From: Yuukianura sp. NJ FZ-2021
Taxonomy: Eukaryota
Direction of reading: 5' to 3'
Length of the DNA stretch: 64,000 nt
Assembly: GCA_046563655.1 (NCBI GenBank)
Contig: CM102284.1
Span: forward strand, 4,030,001-4,094,000
The position numbers were made by a program, and so were the translations under genes. Shown here in pieces: positions 1-13,129 of the stretch. The notes beneath the pieces were generated by a model. It ran no database searches and was not told where the DNA came from. It was given only the letters and a program-made list of their open reading frames with translations. Each line of letters opens with the position of its first letter. Position 1 is the first letter of the stretch.

Positions 1-412
1 GTTTGTGTTCCTAAAAACTACTGGAAAGTACTGGCATGCTAACGATGACTGTCTCCAGTGTCATTCATGCGGCCAGAGTCTCCTTAGTCAGTCCAAAAAT
101 CGACTAATCTTTGTTAAAAATGGCTTCATATTTTGTAACAAATACTGTGCTCAAAGGAGTCCAATTTGACAAAATAAACTTTAACAGAATTGTACACATT
201 ATGCAACAACAATTTTCAATTAACTGCACTTTTAATTAAGATTAAATCAATTGAGAACTTCCATTTTCATGTCCAAATCGTAGTGTTAAGAGCTTAAGAC
301 GCTAAGGTCATTGGACTTAGAGATTTTTTGCCCGAATCTGACTGTGGTTATCTTCCTCGCATTGAGAAAATTTTGTTCGGCCGGAATTTAATAATCCGAA
401 AGCGGTAGAATA

Positions 413-570
413 AGGATTGACGACAACATTGTAGCCGCTCCGCCATTTTTAACGGCTACAATATGCGGCTACACCTGAGTGGAAACATAAGTAGCCAGTT
501 TAGCTAAACCTTACTTAAAGTACCAACATAAGTTGCCGCACAACAACGTAGCCATTCATTGTAGCCACTA
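413..570. repeat. Dispersed repeat fragment (TGTAGCC/GGCTACA family), copy A
   Basis: Shares GGCTACACCTGAG, GCCATTTT and AAGTTGCC.CACA blocks with 10484-10642; CAACATAAGTTGCCGCACA matches the reverse complement of 18711-18729. Confidence 0.55.
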
Positions 571-1076
571 AAGATGATCGGAGTGGCTGGGTGGGTGAAA
601 AATCAGGGTTGTTATGCCTTACGTTAAGCCTGAAAGCATATGATTTTGGTTTTAAGAAATGTCAATTTTTTAATTGGTCAACGCTGGACGGGTCAATCCA
701 ATCTGTTTGACCTCTGGATATAAAGGATTCAGCATTCAGCAAACGAAAGTGACAGCGACTAAACTGTGATTGATTCCGTGATTGTCGCTGTTAGCGAAAG
801 TACAAGGGGTAGGCGAGCTATTCAAGTATTGAATTTACATATTTTGAATTACTTTTTTAACGTTTCCACGTTTCTGTCTCACGTGAGAAGTATTGCACCT
901 AATCGAAGTTTAATTATTGGTTAATTAGAGCCCATGAAAACTTTCATTTAGTGGTTTCCAGACCACAACGATTCTTATTCTACGTTGTTCTGAATTTTTC
1001 AATTTATACCTAGAAAGAAATGTCTGATTCTTAGATTGTTTTGGTTTTATTTTACAGAGAGAGCGAAGAGACCATC

Positions 1077-3106
1077 ATGGCTGGCAAAGATGTGATAATC
1101 GACGAACTTGTGCGAGACTCTTTTCTATATGAAAAAGTTGGGCCGTGTATCGGACTGCTAATCGGATCGGTAAGATTCGCAATACGAACATTAAAGCGTG
1201 TGAATATTCAAAAGTATTAGCGAAGGATTAATTTTTTTCCTGAAATTGGTTTGGTTTCCAGTACAGTGAGAAAGGACAGTTTTGTGTTGCCCATGCAGCC
1301 AACACGCTTGAAGAAGGAGAAGATGAGGACCCCGAATTCCAGCCTCAAGCAACATCATTCACCAAAGTACAACTTCCTTCTATTTCGCATCATGCCAAAC
1401 AGGTGAGTTTTTATCGGTTGATTCGCCAGTGATTTTGCTTAATTTATTTTCCAACTCGGAATAACGGAGTGGGGTCACTCATCTTTTCAAGGTAATGCGG
1501 ATGCTGCCAGGAGGTTTGTTGGTTCTCGGACTATTTGTAATAGAGGATGTCGAAACCATCTTTACTGTCAAGTACCAGGACAGGATAAGGTCTCTGCTGA
1601 CGATGCTGAATAAGAGTTTGTCTCGAAATCCACACTATGGTGCAGAATTTGGGAAAAACAGTGAAAAAGTTTTTATTCATTACCGCCCTGGTTCTAACAT
1701 GTAACTTGTTACACAATCACCTCAAGTTTCTTAATATTTGTATAGTTTAGTCATTACAGCACTGTGAATAATTTTTCAGCTTCAACGTGATGGTGGTCGA
1801 CGGAAATCAATTTCGACCTCGCCAACAGGAATCAATTTTTGGTCGTCTGGAATGGCTGAAGCTGGAGTCTGAGTATGATACGTTTTACGCTATGCATTTG
1901 GAAAAGGCTGATGTTGGATTTCCGTTGAAGAAGAACGTCAAGGTATTTCTCAAAATCTAGCTTGTCAATATTTCTACCTCAAAATCTATCTGACCGTCTT
2001 TTTCCGTGCAGATCCTGATGGAATCTTTCGAAGAGAATTTAAACGAAGCCACGTTTGTCGTGTATGGCAAACTTCCTTCGAAGACAGAACAGTACGTGGA
2101 ACAAATACCAAAAGTCCTCGATTCTGGATTGTCGGACGTGGAGGATGATGTGGTGGGTGACCATTCCGAGTCGACTAGCGGAGGAGGCAGTGGAAGTTCA
2201 TCCCCGCGTCACCTCAGCGACAGTGGAAACGAATCTGAGACTGAGAATCCACAAAACAGACCAGTTAGCGCGTTGCACATTTTAGTTGAAAAAGTAATTT
2301 GTTCTTACACAATGATTTCTGATTTCTATAGAACCGATAATTCGCCGAATAGATCCTAAACTTGTATTGTTTTTTGTTCCAGGCTCCAGGATTGGTACGA
2401 CCTACTGAACCTGGCCAAGATTTTATTACGCATATTCATCTCATTGGAAAAATTGCTACTGTGGGTTTCGTTCTCAAAGGATCCAGTACAGCATTTGTTG
2501 CGGAGGTTAAACATAGTTTGCATTCAAAAACCAAAACAATATTATTCTAACGTAAAACAAATCTTATGCTTTTAGATGGTGAAGAAGGACATTCTTCGTT
2601 CTCTAGTCTCAAGACTAGAAATGCACTGTGAATCACTGATTGAAGAAGAACAGGGGACGCAGGCACAGATCGACGAAGGAACCACCAAAGTTTACCACGA
2701 AGTTCCGCGACGTGTTTTTGCAAATATCTTGGGTTCCAAACTACTTGTATCGGACTATCTATTTCCTGGAGAAGGACCGAAAGATTCAATTCTTTCCTTC
2801 AGAGATATTCTTTCGCTGCACCTTGATGACGAATCCCAAATAATCATGACCAGAGAAAAACCATTCAGTAAGTTCTGTGTTAATTTCACTTAGTCTTTAC
2901 CCTATTTTTCTTAAAAACGTTTTAATTACTTTTCAGATATGGATGAACTACGATCGAAGGGATCCTTGGAGGAACTCCTCTGCAAAGTTGAGCCAATAAT
3001 CCCAACGCATGTGCAGCGCAGCAGTGCGTTAGGGATTGTTTTGGGGATTACGCTAATCGTTGCTCTGTTGGGGGTACTGATTCCAATGTTTCTGAAATCA
3101 GAGTGA
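1077..3106 (+). CDS. ODR4: ODR-4 homolog (ER GPCR maturation factor), multi-exon
   Basis: ATG 1077 (MAGKDVIIDE..CIGLLIGS); exon with HAKQV.RMLPGGLLVLGLF and DILRSLVSRLEMHCESL..PRRVF..DYLFPGE typical of ODR-4; C-terminal TM helix LGIVLGITLIVALLGVLIP then TGA 3104-3106; GT-AG introns. Confidence 0.85.
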
Positions 3107-3521
3107 AATGGCTAAGGAACGGGGTGGGATTTTGCAGCAAAGGGATTATGTTAGCAGTTTAAGTTTAATTAAGATTTAAGAATATGAATGCATACGTTTG
3201 CACTCAAAAGTATCAGGAGACAAGATTGTGCAGCAGGATTGTTTAATTTTTCAATTTTAATGTGCAGTTCATATGTTAAAATGAAAAGGATTTCGAAATA
3301 AATTAGGTTCAGTTCAACTCAATGTCTGTCTTTTCGAGATTCCTTTCCAGTTTCCAGCAACTTTTTTTTATGTGCTCAGCTGATGGGCTTCAAGTGCTAA
3401 TGTATTAAAAGTTGATTAGCAAAACTATTTACACTAAAACTCCTCAGTTTTTTTTTTTGCTGTTTTAAGAATGGTGGCCCTTATAAGGGCCGTTGGTTGC
3501 TAGGCCGAAGGTCAAGAAGTC

Positions 3522-3716
3522 TTATTTGACCCCTCCTGCGTAAGGCCCATGCTTCTTGGCCGTCTGGTGAGCCTTCATGGCCTTGTCACTAAAGAATACT
3601 TTAGTGCAAGTAGAACAAGCCTGCGCCACTTCGGGGTTGAGACAATGCATCTCGTGGCGCCACTTTTCAGGCTCACTAGTCAGCCTTCTCCCGCAATAGT
3701 CACACCTGAACTCCAT
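3522..3716 (-). CDS. Small two-finger zinc-finger protein (64 aa; may be the last exon of a longer gene)
   Basis: MEFRCDYCGRRL..HEMHC and CSTCTKVFFSDKAMKAHQTAKKH: CxxC..H..C/H spacing; splice acceptor TTTTATAG just upstream of the ATG. Confidence 0.65.
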   Translation of the reverse strand: MEFRCDYCGRRLTSEPEKWRHEMHCLNPEVAQACSTCTKVFFSDKAMKAHQTAKKHGPYAGGVK

Positions 3717-5758
3717 GATTCCGGTGGCTATAAAACACTTTTGCAGGGTATTAGGGAAGCATTTGTTGAAAATTCTGCTTCCGTCCATGCACACAAAATA
3801 ACTGGAAAACTATTATAAACTTGGAAAATAATAACTGGAACTGGTTCCAGCATAATGAAAAACAGTTTTTCTGATAATCTCGCGTGCTTTAGTACTAACA
3901 AAGCTTTTGCCATGGGTGATGGCTCATGGACGCCAAGTAGCCCCGACGTTCAGGTTCAGGGGTAGCAAATCTAATCGCTGCAGCTATTCCGGAGAAAGTG
4001 AAAGCTGTAATGCAAATGCTGCTATGGAAAGCCTTGATTGGTTTGATAGTATCTACCAATTGGCATTGACATTCGGCGGGATGAGGAATGCAAGTTCGTA
4101 TTTGGTGCTGGCGATGACCTTGACTTATTCCAGAGGTCAATATTCCATTAGTTGTTCATTCCAACCTACAATCTAAAGCATAGACACAACTTTCTCCTCT
4201 TGCACTTTCTCCATTTTTACCTAATCTGTGCTTCTCTGAATACAGTCGTCTGGAGATCAAAATCTTTGAACAGACTGAGTTCTTTGTATCGTTAGCGTTG
4301 CCAATGAGTTATGTTTTGGAAAGATCTAATGGTTCCATGTCATTAGGCCCTAAGCCTTTAGGCCCTAAATAATTAGCCGCTTAGAATCCTCCAGAAACTT
4401 CACGTTTCCGATTTCGAAAAAACGAACACTATTCAAAAAGTCTAAGCTAACCTTAGGCAGAATCAAAACAAAAATAATTTTCAAAAAGAAAAAGCAAACA
4501 CATCAGTATAAGAATGAGTGAAGGCCTAAAGAGTTTATGTCATAAAGTGCTAAGGGTCTAATTCATACGGTCTAATAATGGCGTGCTGCGGTTGTCTGAA
4601 ATTCAGTTGCAGTGCCGTAAGCATTTGGGGATTTTTAATTTGAGTGTTTAGCATTTACTTCTTTTTTCCGGAAGAGGAGGGTGAAATGTAATTTTTGTGA
4701 TGAAATGACAGAGAAAGGCAGCAGAGAGCTTACAATTTGTGAAATACGGTTCGCAACTCATGCACAAATGAATGGAAATGGTTCTTGTTTATAGTGTCCC
4801 AGAATCAAGTGGAGAAAACTGTTAGGACTACAAAATGGAAGTGAAAGCACTGTGTTGAGCGTCACGCTGTTCCTGGATTGCATCATTTGTCGCCACAACT
4901 GAAGCGCTCAACCGTGTTGATGCTAAAATTTCTCAATAACTAACACCACATTCCCAGAGCGAACGGTTTGGCCAATTGGTCCTCCCAGGCTGCATTCCAG
5001 ACGTGCCCAATCAACAGGTCAAGAGTTCAGAACAAACCGTAAAAAGTTGTTTTGAGTCCATCAAAACCAAAATCCACCACAAAACTAAAACTTTTCTAAT
5101 CAAACACCAAAGTTTTGGAAAGCACAGTCCCCACAGAGACTTTCACCACCGGCCCGCAAGAAATGAACAGTGTATTTTGAAATCTTTTGCTAAAAAAAGA
5201 GTAAACACGTAGTAGTAGTAAAAAATTTTTTGAAAAGGTAACCACTCGAGAATACGAATTGAACACCTTGAATCATCAACTAATGTTGATAAGTAAACTT
5301 TCTGTAATGTTTCGAATTTATTTTAAAGTTATTGTGAAGTTTAAATATTTCACAAATCTAAACGTGGAATAACAATGTGTAAAATTACGTCATCTGATGT
5401 AGGTACAAAGGTCAGGTCACACTGAGGTCACTGTTCTAGAAAGCCCTTAAAACTTCAAATACTGTTTTGAAACTTGAGATTACATTAGAATTACATCTAT
5501 TTTAAGATTTCCACAAACGTTACACTTTACGACATTTTCAACACGGAAGTAAGGAAGATGTCACTTCCAATTCAAATGTATTTTGATGTATGCAAAAGTA
5601 AATTTTGATAATTTTCGAATGCACATAATTTCCTAATTTCCGAAATGTCTACCTGTCACTCCATCTCCTCTTGTGCATATAAATTTTGGTTGTTCTCCAT
5701 AATCCAAATTTTGAAGTGTCAAAATTTGGAGTTCGGACTGATTTGAGTAAGTTTTCAC

Positions 5759-8700
5759 TCAATGAATCCAATTTGTGTCATTGTGCTTCCCAGAAATTGT
5801 TTGAATGGTGACAGTCGTGTCGGCTCCGCCAGTCGAGGAACCGTTTTGAGTTGGAACTTGTGCAAGTTTTTCCTGGTTTTCTCGCACGAATTTCTTGAGA
5901 GCCAGCTCGTGACCTGATAAAAAAGGAGGTCAAAGGTCGACTCAAATACGAACCATTTTGGACAAAAAAAAACATTTGAACAAGTTTTTTTGGAGAATTT
6001 GATGTGTATGTGACCTGGATTGTGTCCCATTGCTGATATTCCTTCAAGGTCAAGATTTGGATGGGAGTCACCGAGTGCAGAAATTGCTCTGGACACGCCC
6101 ACCCCACCGCGCCGAATTCCATGTTCGACTAAATCTGCACCAAGAAGCTCCTCGTGCGGTTCCATCCGAATTGGAATGAACCAATTGATAATCTAAAATA
6201 ATTTTGAATTTGTAATAGTTTGAGATTTTTGAAAAACAAGTCAAAATTTCATGTTTTGAACCCAGTTTCTTTCATTACCCAAAGAATAATAAAAGTGACA
6301 GTGCCGGACCAGAGAATAAATGAAACGGCCGCCATAGCTTGGACGCCTAGCAAGTACGGCCCTCCACCTTAAAAACATTTCCAATTAGGTTATGTTTTTG
6401 GGAGAAATGCAAAGTCAATTAAGGTTACGTAAATAATTAAGTTAGTTAAATTTTGAAGGTTAGGTTTATTAGGTACCCTTGAACAATCCGCCTCTGCCCT
6501 TGCTCAAATTAAGTACTTTTTCGTTGTCAGCGAAGAGTCCTATGGCCAAAACACCCCATAAAGCAGCCAATCCTACTCAACCGAACACGCACATTAGGGT
6601 TGAATGGTGACATTGACAGTGACATGGTTTTCATTAACTTGTTTTCACCATGGACTGAAGAGGCTCCCACGGGGTCATCGATTCGGAGCCAGTCGAAGAA
6701 CGGAATTCCGAAACAAGCCAGCGTCCCACCCACGAACCCAATCACAACCGACTCCCAAGGGCGATACAGAGCACATCCGCCTGAAACCAAACAGTATTTC
6801 TGTCACATGACCTTTGACCTTTCACTGCTTGAGTACCTGTCACGGACACGAGTGACCCGAGGACTCCGCTGATGAGGTCCAAAATGTCAAACTTTCCTTT
6901 GGTCCTGACGAAAGAGTAAATGAGCCCCACCATACCGCCACCAAAAGAAGCGTTGATTGTCGACACTGCTGCACGAGCAGAAAACTTCCATTTGTGACCA
7001 CTTACGCCAAAAACACTATCCAAAAATACATACAAATGAACAAAATGAACAATTTTTTTTTCTGAATTGTGAGGGTTAGAATTGCGATTGAGATTCTAAC
7101 GACTTCTTGCACGCGGGTATTAAAAATTCAGAGCTAATTAACCTTCACATCTTGACATCATTGACCCAGTCCTTAAATATTCCATGACCTCGCTAAAGAC
7201 ATTTCACTCACAAATCAATTTGTTTGACACGAGAGCAATTCGATGTCAGAAAAATCGGTTGAGGCGCTAAAAATAATTTGCCGGGTACTTGGTACAACTA
7301 AAATGCAGTTCAAACTTACCTTCCAGAAGAAAACGCCAACCACTAAAGAAAGGAAACACAAAGGATTCTTTGTTTTAAATCTCATTTGTTAGCTTTTAGC
7401 TAGATGGTTGATTTCCCTTATTTTAAAATGATGCTATTAATTGTTATTTTTCGTGCTTACCCCCCACCAAAGCATAAATAGACCTGGAAATTAAAAAGAA
7501 CACACAAATTAAAGTTGACCTTTGACCTTGAAATATTGATGAGGTCGAACAGAAGTGGTTTGTGCTGGATTTTTACCAAGGAGGGCATTGGTAGGTGACC
7601 CCATTGGAAGTGGATCTGTTCCATGCTCGTAGCGACCAAGTCGTGGGCCCAGAAACGCTGCAGCGACACATGCTGTTGAATCAAATCAGAAATCACAATT
7701 TTATCATAACTCCAAATTTTCGAAAAAAAAAAAAAATTGACAGAAAGTTTTATGCTGCTGTATCTATTCTCGAAATTTCTTTAAAAAACAACATAACCTT
7801 GTGAATGACCTCGCAGAAACGAAAACGCATCTGGAGGTTACAAGTACTTGGTACGATGAGGGACTACTTTGGAAAAAGTCAATAAAATTTTATGAATCCT
7901 TAGGGGAAAGTTTAGAACAACTTAATCAGTTGTACTGCGTCGCACAATTCCTAAGAACTCAAACTTTTACAAAAGCAACAACTTTTTAAAATGAAGCCGC
8001 TATGTTTAGAATTTGGTTTTGTTCAAATCAATTCTGGAGAAAGTTATTCCGCTTGAGATTCCTAAAAGGCCCTAATTTGCTTTGTTTTGATTCACACGAG
8101 GAGAAAAGAGAAGCTCCACAAAATCCCTGTACTGTGTGTTTCCTTTGTTTAATTTCCGGGAAGTTCTTAGAGCCCGCATTTTTTGAAAAACTGTTTTGAA
8201 AATGCTTGGGCAAGTTTTTAAACGTCCTTGGTCCACTTAAACTAAAAATCCATTCAAAAACGTCGCACTTCCTTTGAAATTTTGAAAAACTCTGTGTTCG
8301 AAAATTGTTTCAAACATCCTTTAAAAACCATCGCTTATTATTTCAGCACCCCATCAATCATCTAATGAAATTCACTCTATCCTGCATCCAACTTTTTCAA
8401 AAAAATTTACGAACAAAAAACGTCTAGCGTTGACTTTTCCCTCCACAATTCAAAATTCAAAAAACGAAGTCCCAACTTTGGGCAGAGTGGCGCGTCTATT
8501 TATTACGTGACTTAAATTCTGACTCTCACTTTCACTTTTTGCAAAAAGAAAGTTATATCTCTGACATTCTGCTTTTAGTCACGTTTTGTTTAAGCGAAAC
8601 GATGTTTCAGTGATGAATACAATGTCAACTCGGGGTAACCACAAAGCGTAACCGTAAAGTTACCACAGAATTGCATGCTTAGCGAAGGAGAGAAAGTTTT

Positions 8701-10765
8701 GGTGGTTACCTGATGCTCCACCAATGAGATGCACAGCTCCAGATCCACCGATGTCAATTGCTCCCAAGTGTTTCAAGAAACCGTGGTCACCTGAAATTGA
8801 AATTGCAAATTCGTAACCACTTGATGGTTATTGATGGTTACTTAATTGGTGGTTACCCCATATCCACCCTGCTGGAATGCAGTAGACGACTGTGTTGAAC
8901 AGAGAGAAAATACAGTAAGCTCGAAAGTTACATCTGAAAAACAGGAATTTAAGTTAGTTTTTGATTAAATTGAGGTTTAGGCTTACATTAGGTTAATTAG
9001 GTTAAATCTGTTTTCTAGCGTATACGCATGCCCATCAGGTTTAACTAAATCTCGAAGCTGTTGAATACTGAAAAAACAAAGTGCGTGGCAAATTTATGAG
9101 GCGTGTTCTTGCAAAATATGGCAAATCGCGTCATGTTGCAATTTACAAACGTCTCTGGAGACAAGTGACATACGGTTAGAGCATTAATAAAATTGACAAC
9201 GACATAAACCTAGTCCTAGCCTAACGTTATAAACCTAACCATAACAACCCAGTCGAACTTTCTCAGGAAGCATCAGGTTTCTTTCTTTTTCAAAATTTCA
9301 CGACGAGTACACCTAACTTACTTTCACTTACTTTCGCCACCCTGGCACACAATACACTATTATAGTAAGGCATTCAAGGCAAGACTTCGTTGCTCTCTTT
9401 AATCTCTGACTTAACTCGCAAGAACTTAGCATAACTTTTCAATTACGTGACCTTTGACACTTAGAACATCTTGTACAAAATGAATTTTGAATCTTACCTC
9501 TCTGCCATTGCACCGCTCACAATTGTTGTAGCAGTTGTTGCAAAAGACAACTGGAAAAGAAACGTTGAGAACAGTGGACCCATGTCATCGATCTCTGCAG
9601 GGAGTTATTAGGTTAAAGTGAATTAGTTAGGCTAGTTAGATTAGTTAGGTTTTTGTTTCAGTTAAGCCTAACCTGCATCGACTGCAAATGACCCAAAGGC
9701 AAAGAAGGGATTGGAATAAGTTTTGCCAAAACTGAGACCAAATCCGAACAGCCAGTACGTGAGTCCTCCAAAAACGATGTCCACGACGTTCTTCATCATG
9801 ATGTTCACTTCGTTTTTTAGTGAAACGCAACCGGATTCCAAAAGACCAAAACCTGGACCAAAAAAGACCTTGGAGAAAGTAGGTCAATGGTCATAGTTCA
9901 CCAGAACTGACCTTGACCTACCCTAACAATTTATTAAATCTAATCCTATCGGTATACTTCCCTGGCAAAGTTATACAGCTATAATCAGCTTACCCGTTTG
10001 CATTGTAAATATTATGAAGCTGGAAGTCTGTAATGAGTTTCAAGTAAAATTATAAAAAAAAATCAATTATCATTTTCGAAAAATCAAAACTTTGCTCTTT
10101 GAATTTCTCGAAAATGCGATTTTTTTTTCGGTGTGTTTACCAATATCCATGTAGCGTCATCCCATGACAGCTCTTCATTGGAATGCGGATTTTTGAGTCC
10201 ATTGTCTCCTTCTGAATGAAACAAAGAAATGGAAATAAGGTCAGAGGTTACATAATCCTCAGTTGCATAGTTGTAAGTTACATCATGTAACGCATGTAAA
10301 CATGACAAGAGAAAGCATATTAGGCTAATCCAAGATGTAATTTTCTTTTTCCTTTCGTTGAGAGTTACCTCCTTAGTCAAACACAACGGTAAGTCAAATA
10401 TCAAATTTCATTCCTGAATTGTAGTTTTCTCGAGCTTATAATTCCTTTTTTGCTAAAGTACAAAGCGAAACTCGAACGATATAAGGATTTACGACCGTCG
10501 CTGTAGCCATATAGTGCAGCCACTCTGCCATTTTAGTAGCTACAATGGGTGGCTACACCTGAGCGGCAACTTAATTAAAAAAGTTGCCACACACTGTGGC
10601 CCTGGCCACCCATTGTACCCGGAAGTGTGTGGCTACACTGTGAGGTTGTTTTAAAAGTATCTGTGGTAGCGTTTTGAAGATTTAAACACGAAGACACTTT
10701 CTAAAAACCATTCTTGTATGAAAAGACTTACTTGTTAGTGTATCGTTTCCAGTAGAACTTTCCAT
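5759..10765 (-). CDS. Amt: Ammonium transporter (Amt family), many short exons
   Basis: Spliced translation: WDDATWILTSSFIIFTMQTGFGLLESG..NEVNIMMKN..FQLSFATTATTIVSGAMAER..DIGGSGAVHLIGG..LGPRLGRY..LWWGWLAF..RIDDPVGASSVHG..EELLGADLVEHG; stop 5759-5761. Confidence 0.95.
10484..10642. repeat. Dispersed repeat (TGTAGCC/GGCTACA family), copy B, in the first coding intron of Amt
   Basis: Similar to 413-570; internal inverted TGTAGCC..GGCTACA motifs; ends GGCTACACTGTG. Confidence 0.55.
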
Positions 10766-13010
10766 GTTTACAATTTAGAATATTTTTTGACGAATTCTAG
10801 TGATCACACTGTACTATGTACTTTTTAATCTAAAATTTCCAAATTAAGACTGCACAATTTCAGGATTTACTTAATTTCACGAAAATTTGAAATGGTGGAT
10901 GGTAGAACAATACAGGAATTGTTCCACTTGTCTTCAGAGGAATTTTGCGAACAGTTTACTGGCACATCTTCGATTCAAAATGATCAACAATTCGGCTTAA
11001 GTGATCAAAGGTCAAAAGCAGTGACAACAATGCTAATAGAATTGCAGTCGCCCAGATTTCCATTAGCGTGACTTAATTCTTGGTCGTGACCACTTTGACT
11101 CCTCGGTTGATCCGCTGTTGTCAACTGCCTGAAAAAGACTGTTAGAGAAAATGACTTTCTCCAGGATCATGGATGCTTTCTCTAGCGCCTCCGCACCACC
11201 ATAAGAAAACACCCTTCTTCAATTCAATTCCAACTCGGAACAAAACCTAATCAAAATTCCTCCACACTAAACACTCAAACTATCTACAAAAGCAACTAAA
11301 CCTAACCATTAGGCCAATCAAGTCAACCTAACCGAACACTTCTCTAATCCTAACAAAAAGTCTTACCCTAGGAAAATGCAATGTATCAAAAGTTTCAAGT
11401 GTTGAAACTTTGGATAATTTGAAACTTTGAAAACAAGAAAAAAGTTTTTGAACATTTGAATCATTTAGGAAAAAGTTCGGCTCATGAGATTAATTACACG
11501 TTATTGCTATTCTCTGGAATTTTGAAAAATCGTAAAATTTTGAAAATTATTTACTTACCTGCTGCGGTAATCATCTGTATTAAGATTCATTTCAGTTTCA
11601 AATTCGTCACTTCATAAACTGAAGTATCATCTGCTCAAGACAATATTTTTTCTCAGCCATGTCAAACATATCACAAATTTTCGTAAATGATACGGTGTTG
11701 ACTGTTGACGCAATTTTTCCTGGTTTTCCTTTGTTATTTTTGAAGATTTTCAAAAACACTAAAATACGGGCAAAAGTCCCACCGACCAAGTTGGAATCAA
11801 CGGTTCGGCCTCGTGAGAAAATTGCTCGTACTTTGTGATTTTTTCATTCCAAATTCCTTGTAAGTTGCAAATCCGCTAAATCTCTGCAGCCACTTGTTGC
11901 TCCAAGGTACTTTCTCGTCTTGCCATGCACTCTCCTTCCAGTTTGCACAACTTTTCAAGTCAACTGACTCACACACTTTAAGTCCACAACTAAAAATTGA
12001 GTTCTTTGAAGTTAGTTTTTAAATGACAAATGCCGTTGGGGTGACTGATGCCTGAGAGGAAGAGACATTAGGCAATTTCCAAATGCTAAGTGGTTTGAGA
12101 CTCCACTAAAGAAAAAACTTTGGTCTAAAAATCCAACAAGGAAGTCAAAAAACCAAAAGCGACTTGGTAAAGTTGTTGCTCAAATCCAGTGAAGCACAAT
12201 CAGGATCCAGGAACTGAATGAATCCAAAAGTCACAAATTATGCAATAAGTAGCTCCCCTGTGTCCACTCCCTCCAGAAACTTTTTGGCTCAAGTTGAAGC
12301 TTGGACACACCACTATGGTCTAACCAGCCTAACTTAAGCCGGACCAACCTAACCAATTGATTAACTGTAGTCGACTAAACTTTAGAACTGAAGTTCCCAG
12401 AGATGAATTTTTGCAGGTGAAGAGGTGAAGGTGAGTTGCTGGGAAAATTGAGGAATTGGCAATTGGGAAACCGGGTGAAGGAGGAATAAAAGTGGGGCCG
12501 AGATGCGGAAAGTGCATTAAAAGACGAGTACTACAAGGAAGAACAATAGTGAATGAATGGAGCTGTGAATGAATTGGATGCTTAAACTCTGCCAAACATC
12601 AAAACTTCAAACCACCATTGCTTTCCGTCTCCGTCCGCAAGTCTTCCTCGGTTTAGAAATTTACGGTAGACAGGTAAGACGGGGTGGGTTGTGCCAAAAT
12701 TGCTCACCTTCAAGTTCCCTTAGCCACTTATTCTTTGTAAGCAGGATTATTGCCCCGGCTTCAGCAGGCTCTCAGACTCAAAGTAAATACAACAATGCGA
12801 ATTTTGCGAGAGTCGCAACGATGACGCGTTCTGAGGAATCTGCAGGCGGCTGAGCTAAATCTTTGCTCTTTCGTAAAACGAATTCCCTACACGCCAAATT
12901 TGTACACAGCAAAAACAAAGGGAAAACAAAAATCTGTAAACACCGACATGACACAAAAAGTCCTTGTCCCCTTGTCCGTAAACAAACGTTAAACATTCAA
13001 CCATAAATAA

Positions 13011-13129
13011 GTAAATATCGTGTAAACCGTACTATCGTACTATCGTAGTAAATCCGTAAATATCGTGTAACCAGTAAATCCGTAAATATCGTGTAACCCG
13101 TAAATCCGTAAATATCGTGTAACCCGTAA
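13011..13129. repeat. Minisatellite, 26-bp unit GTAAATCCGTAAATATCGTGTAACCM x3 plus a degenerate copy
   Basis: Units at 13048-13073, 13074-13099, 13100-13125; partial unit at 13011-13030. Confidence 0.9.

Noticed and set aside
3895-4176. Overlapping 81-89 aa ORFs on both strands
   Set aside because: No homology signal; probably UTR of the zinc-finger gene
6380-11340. Scattered TTAGGTT/AACCTAA words resembling arthropod telomere repeats
   Set aside because: Isolated short matches in introns, no tandem array
13011-13129. Possible CRISPR or telomeric array
   Set aside because: Head-to-tail minisatellite without spacers; not TTAGG
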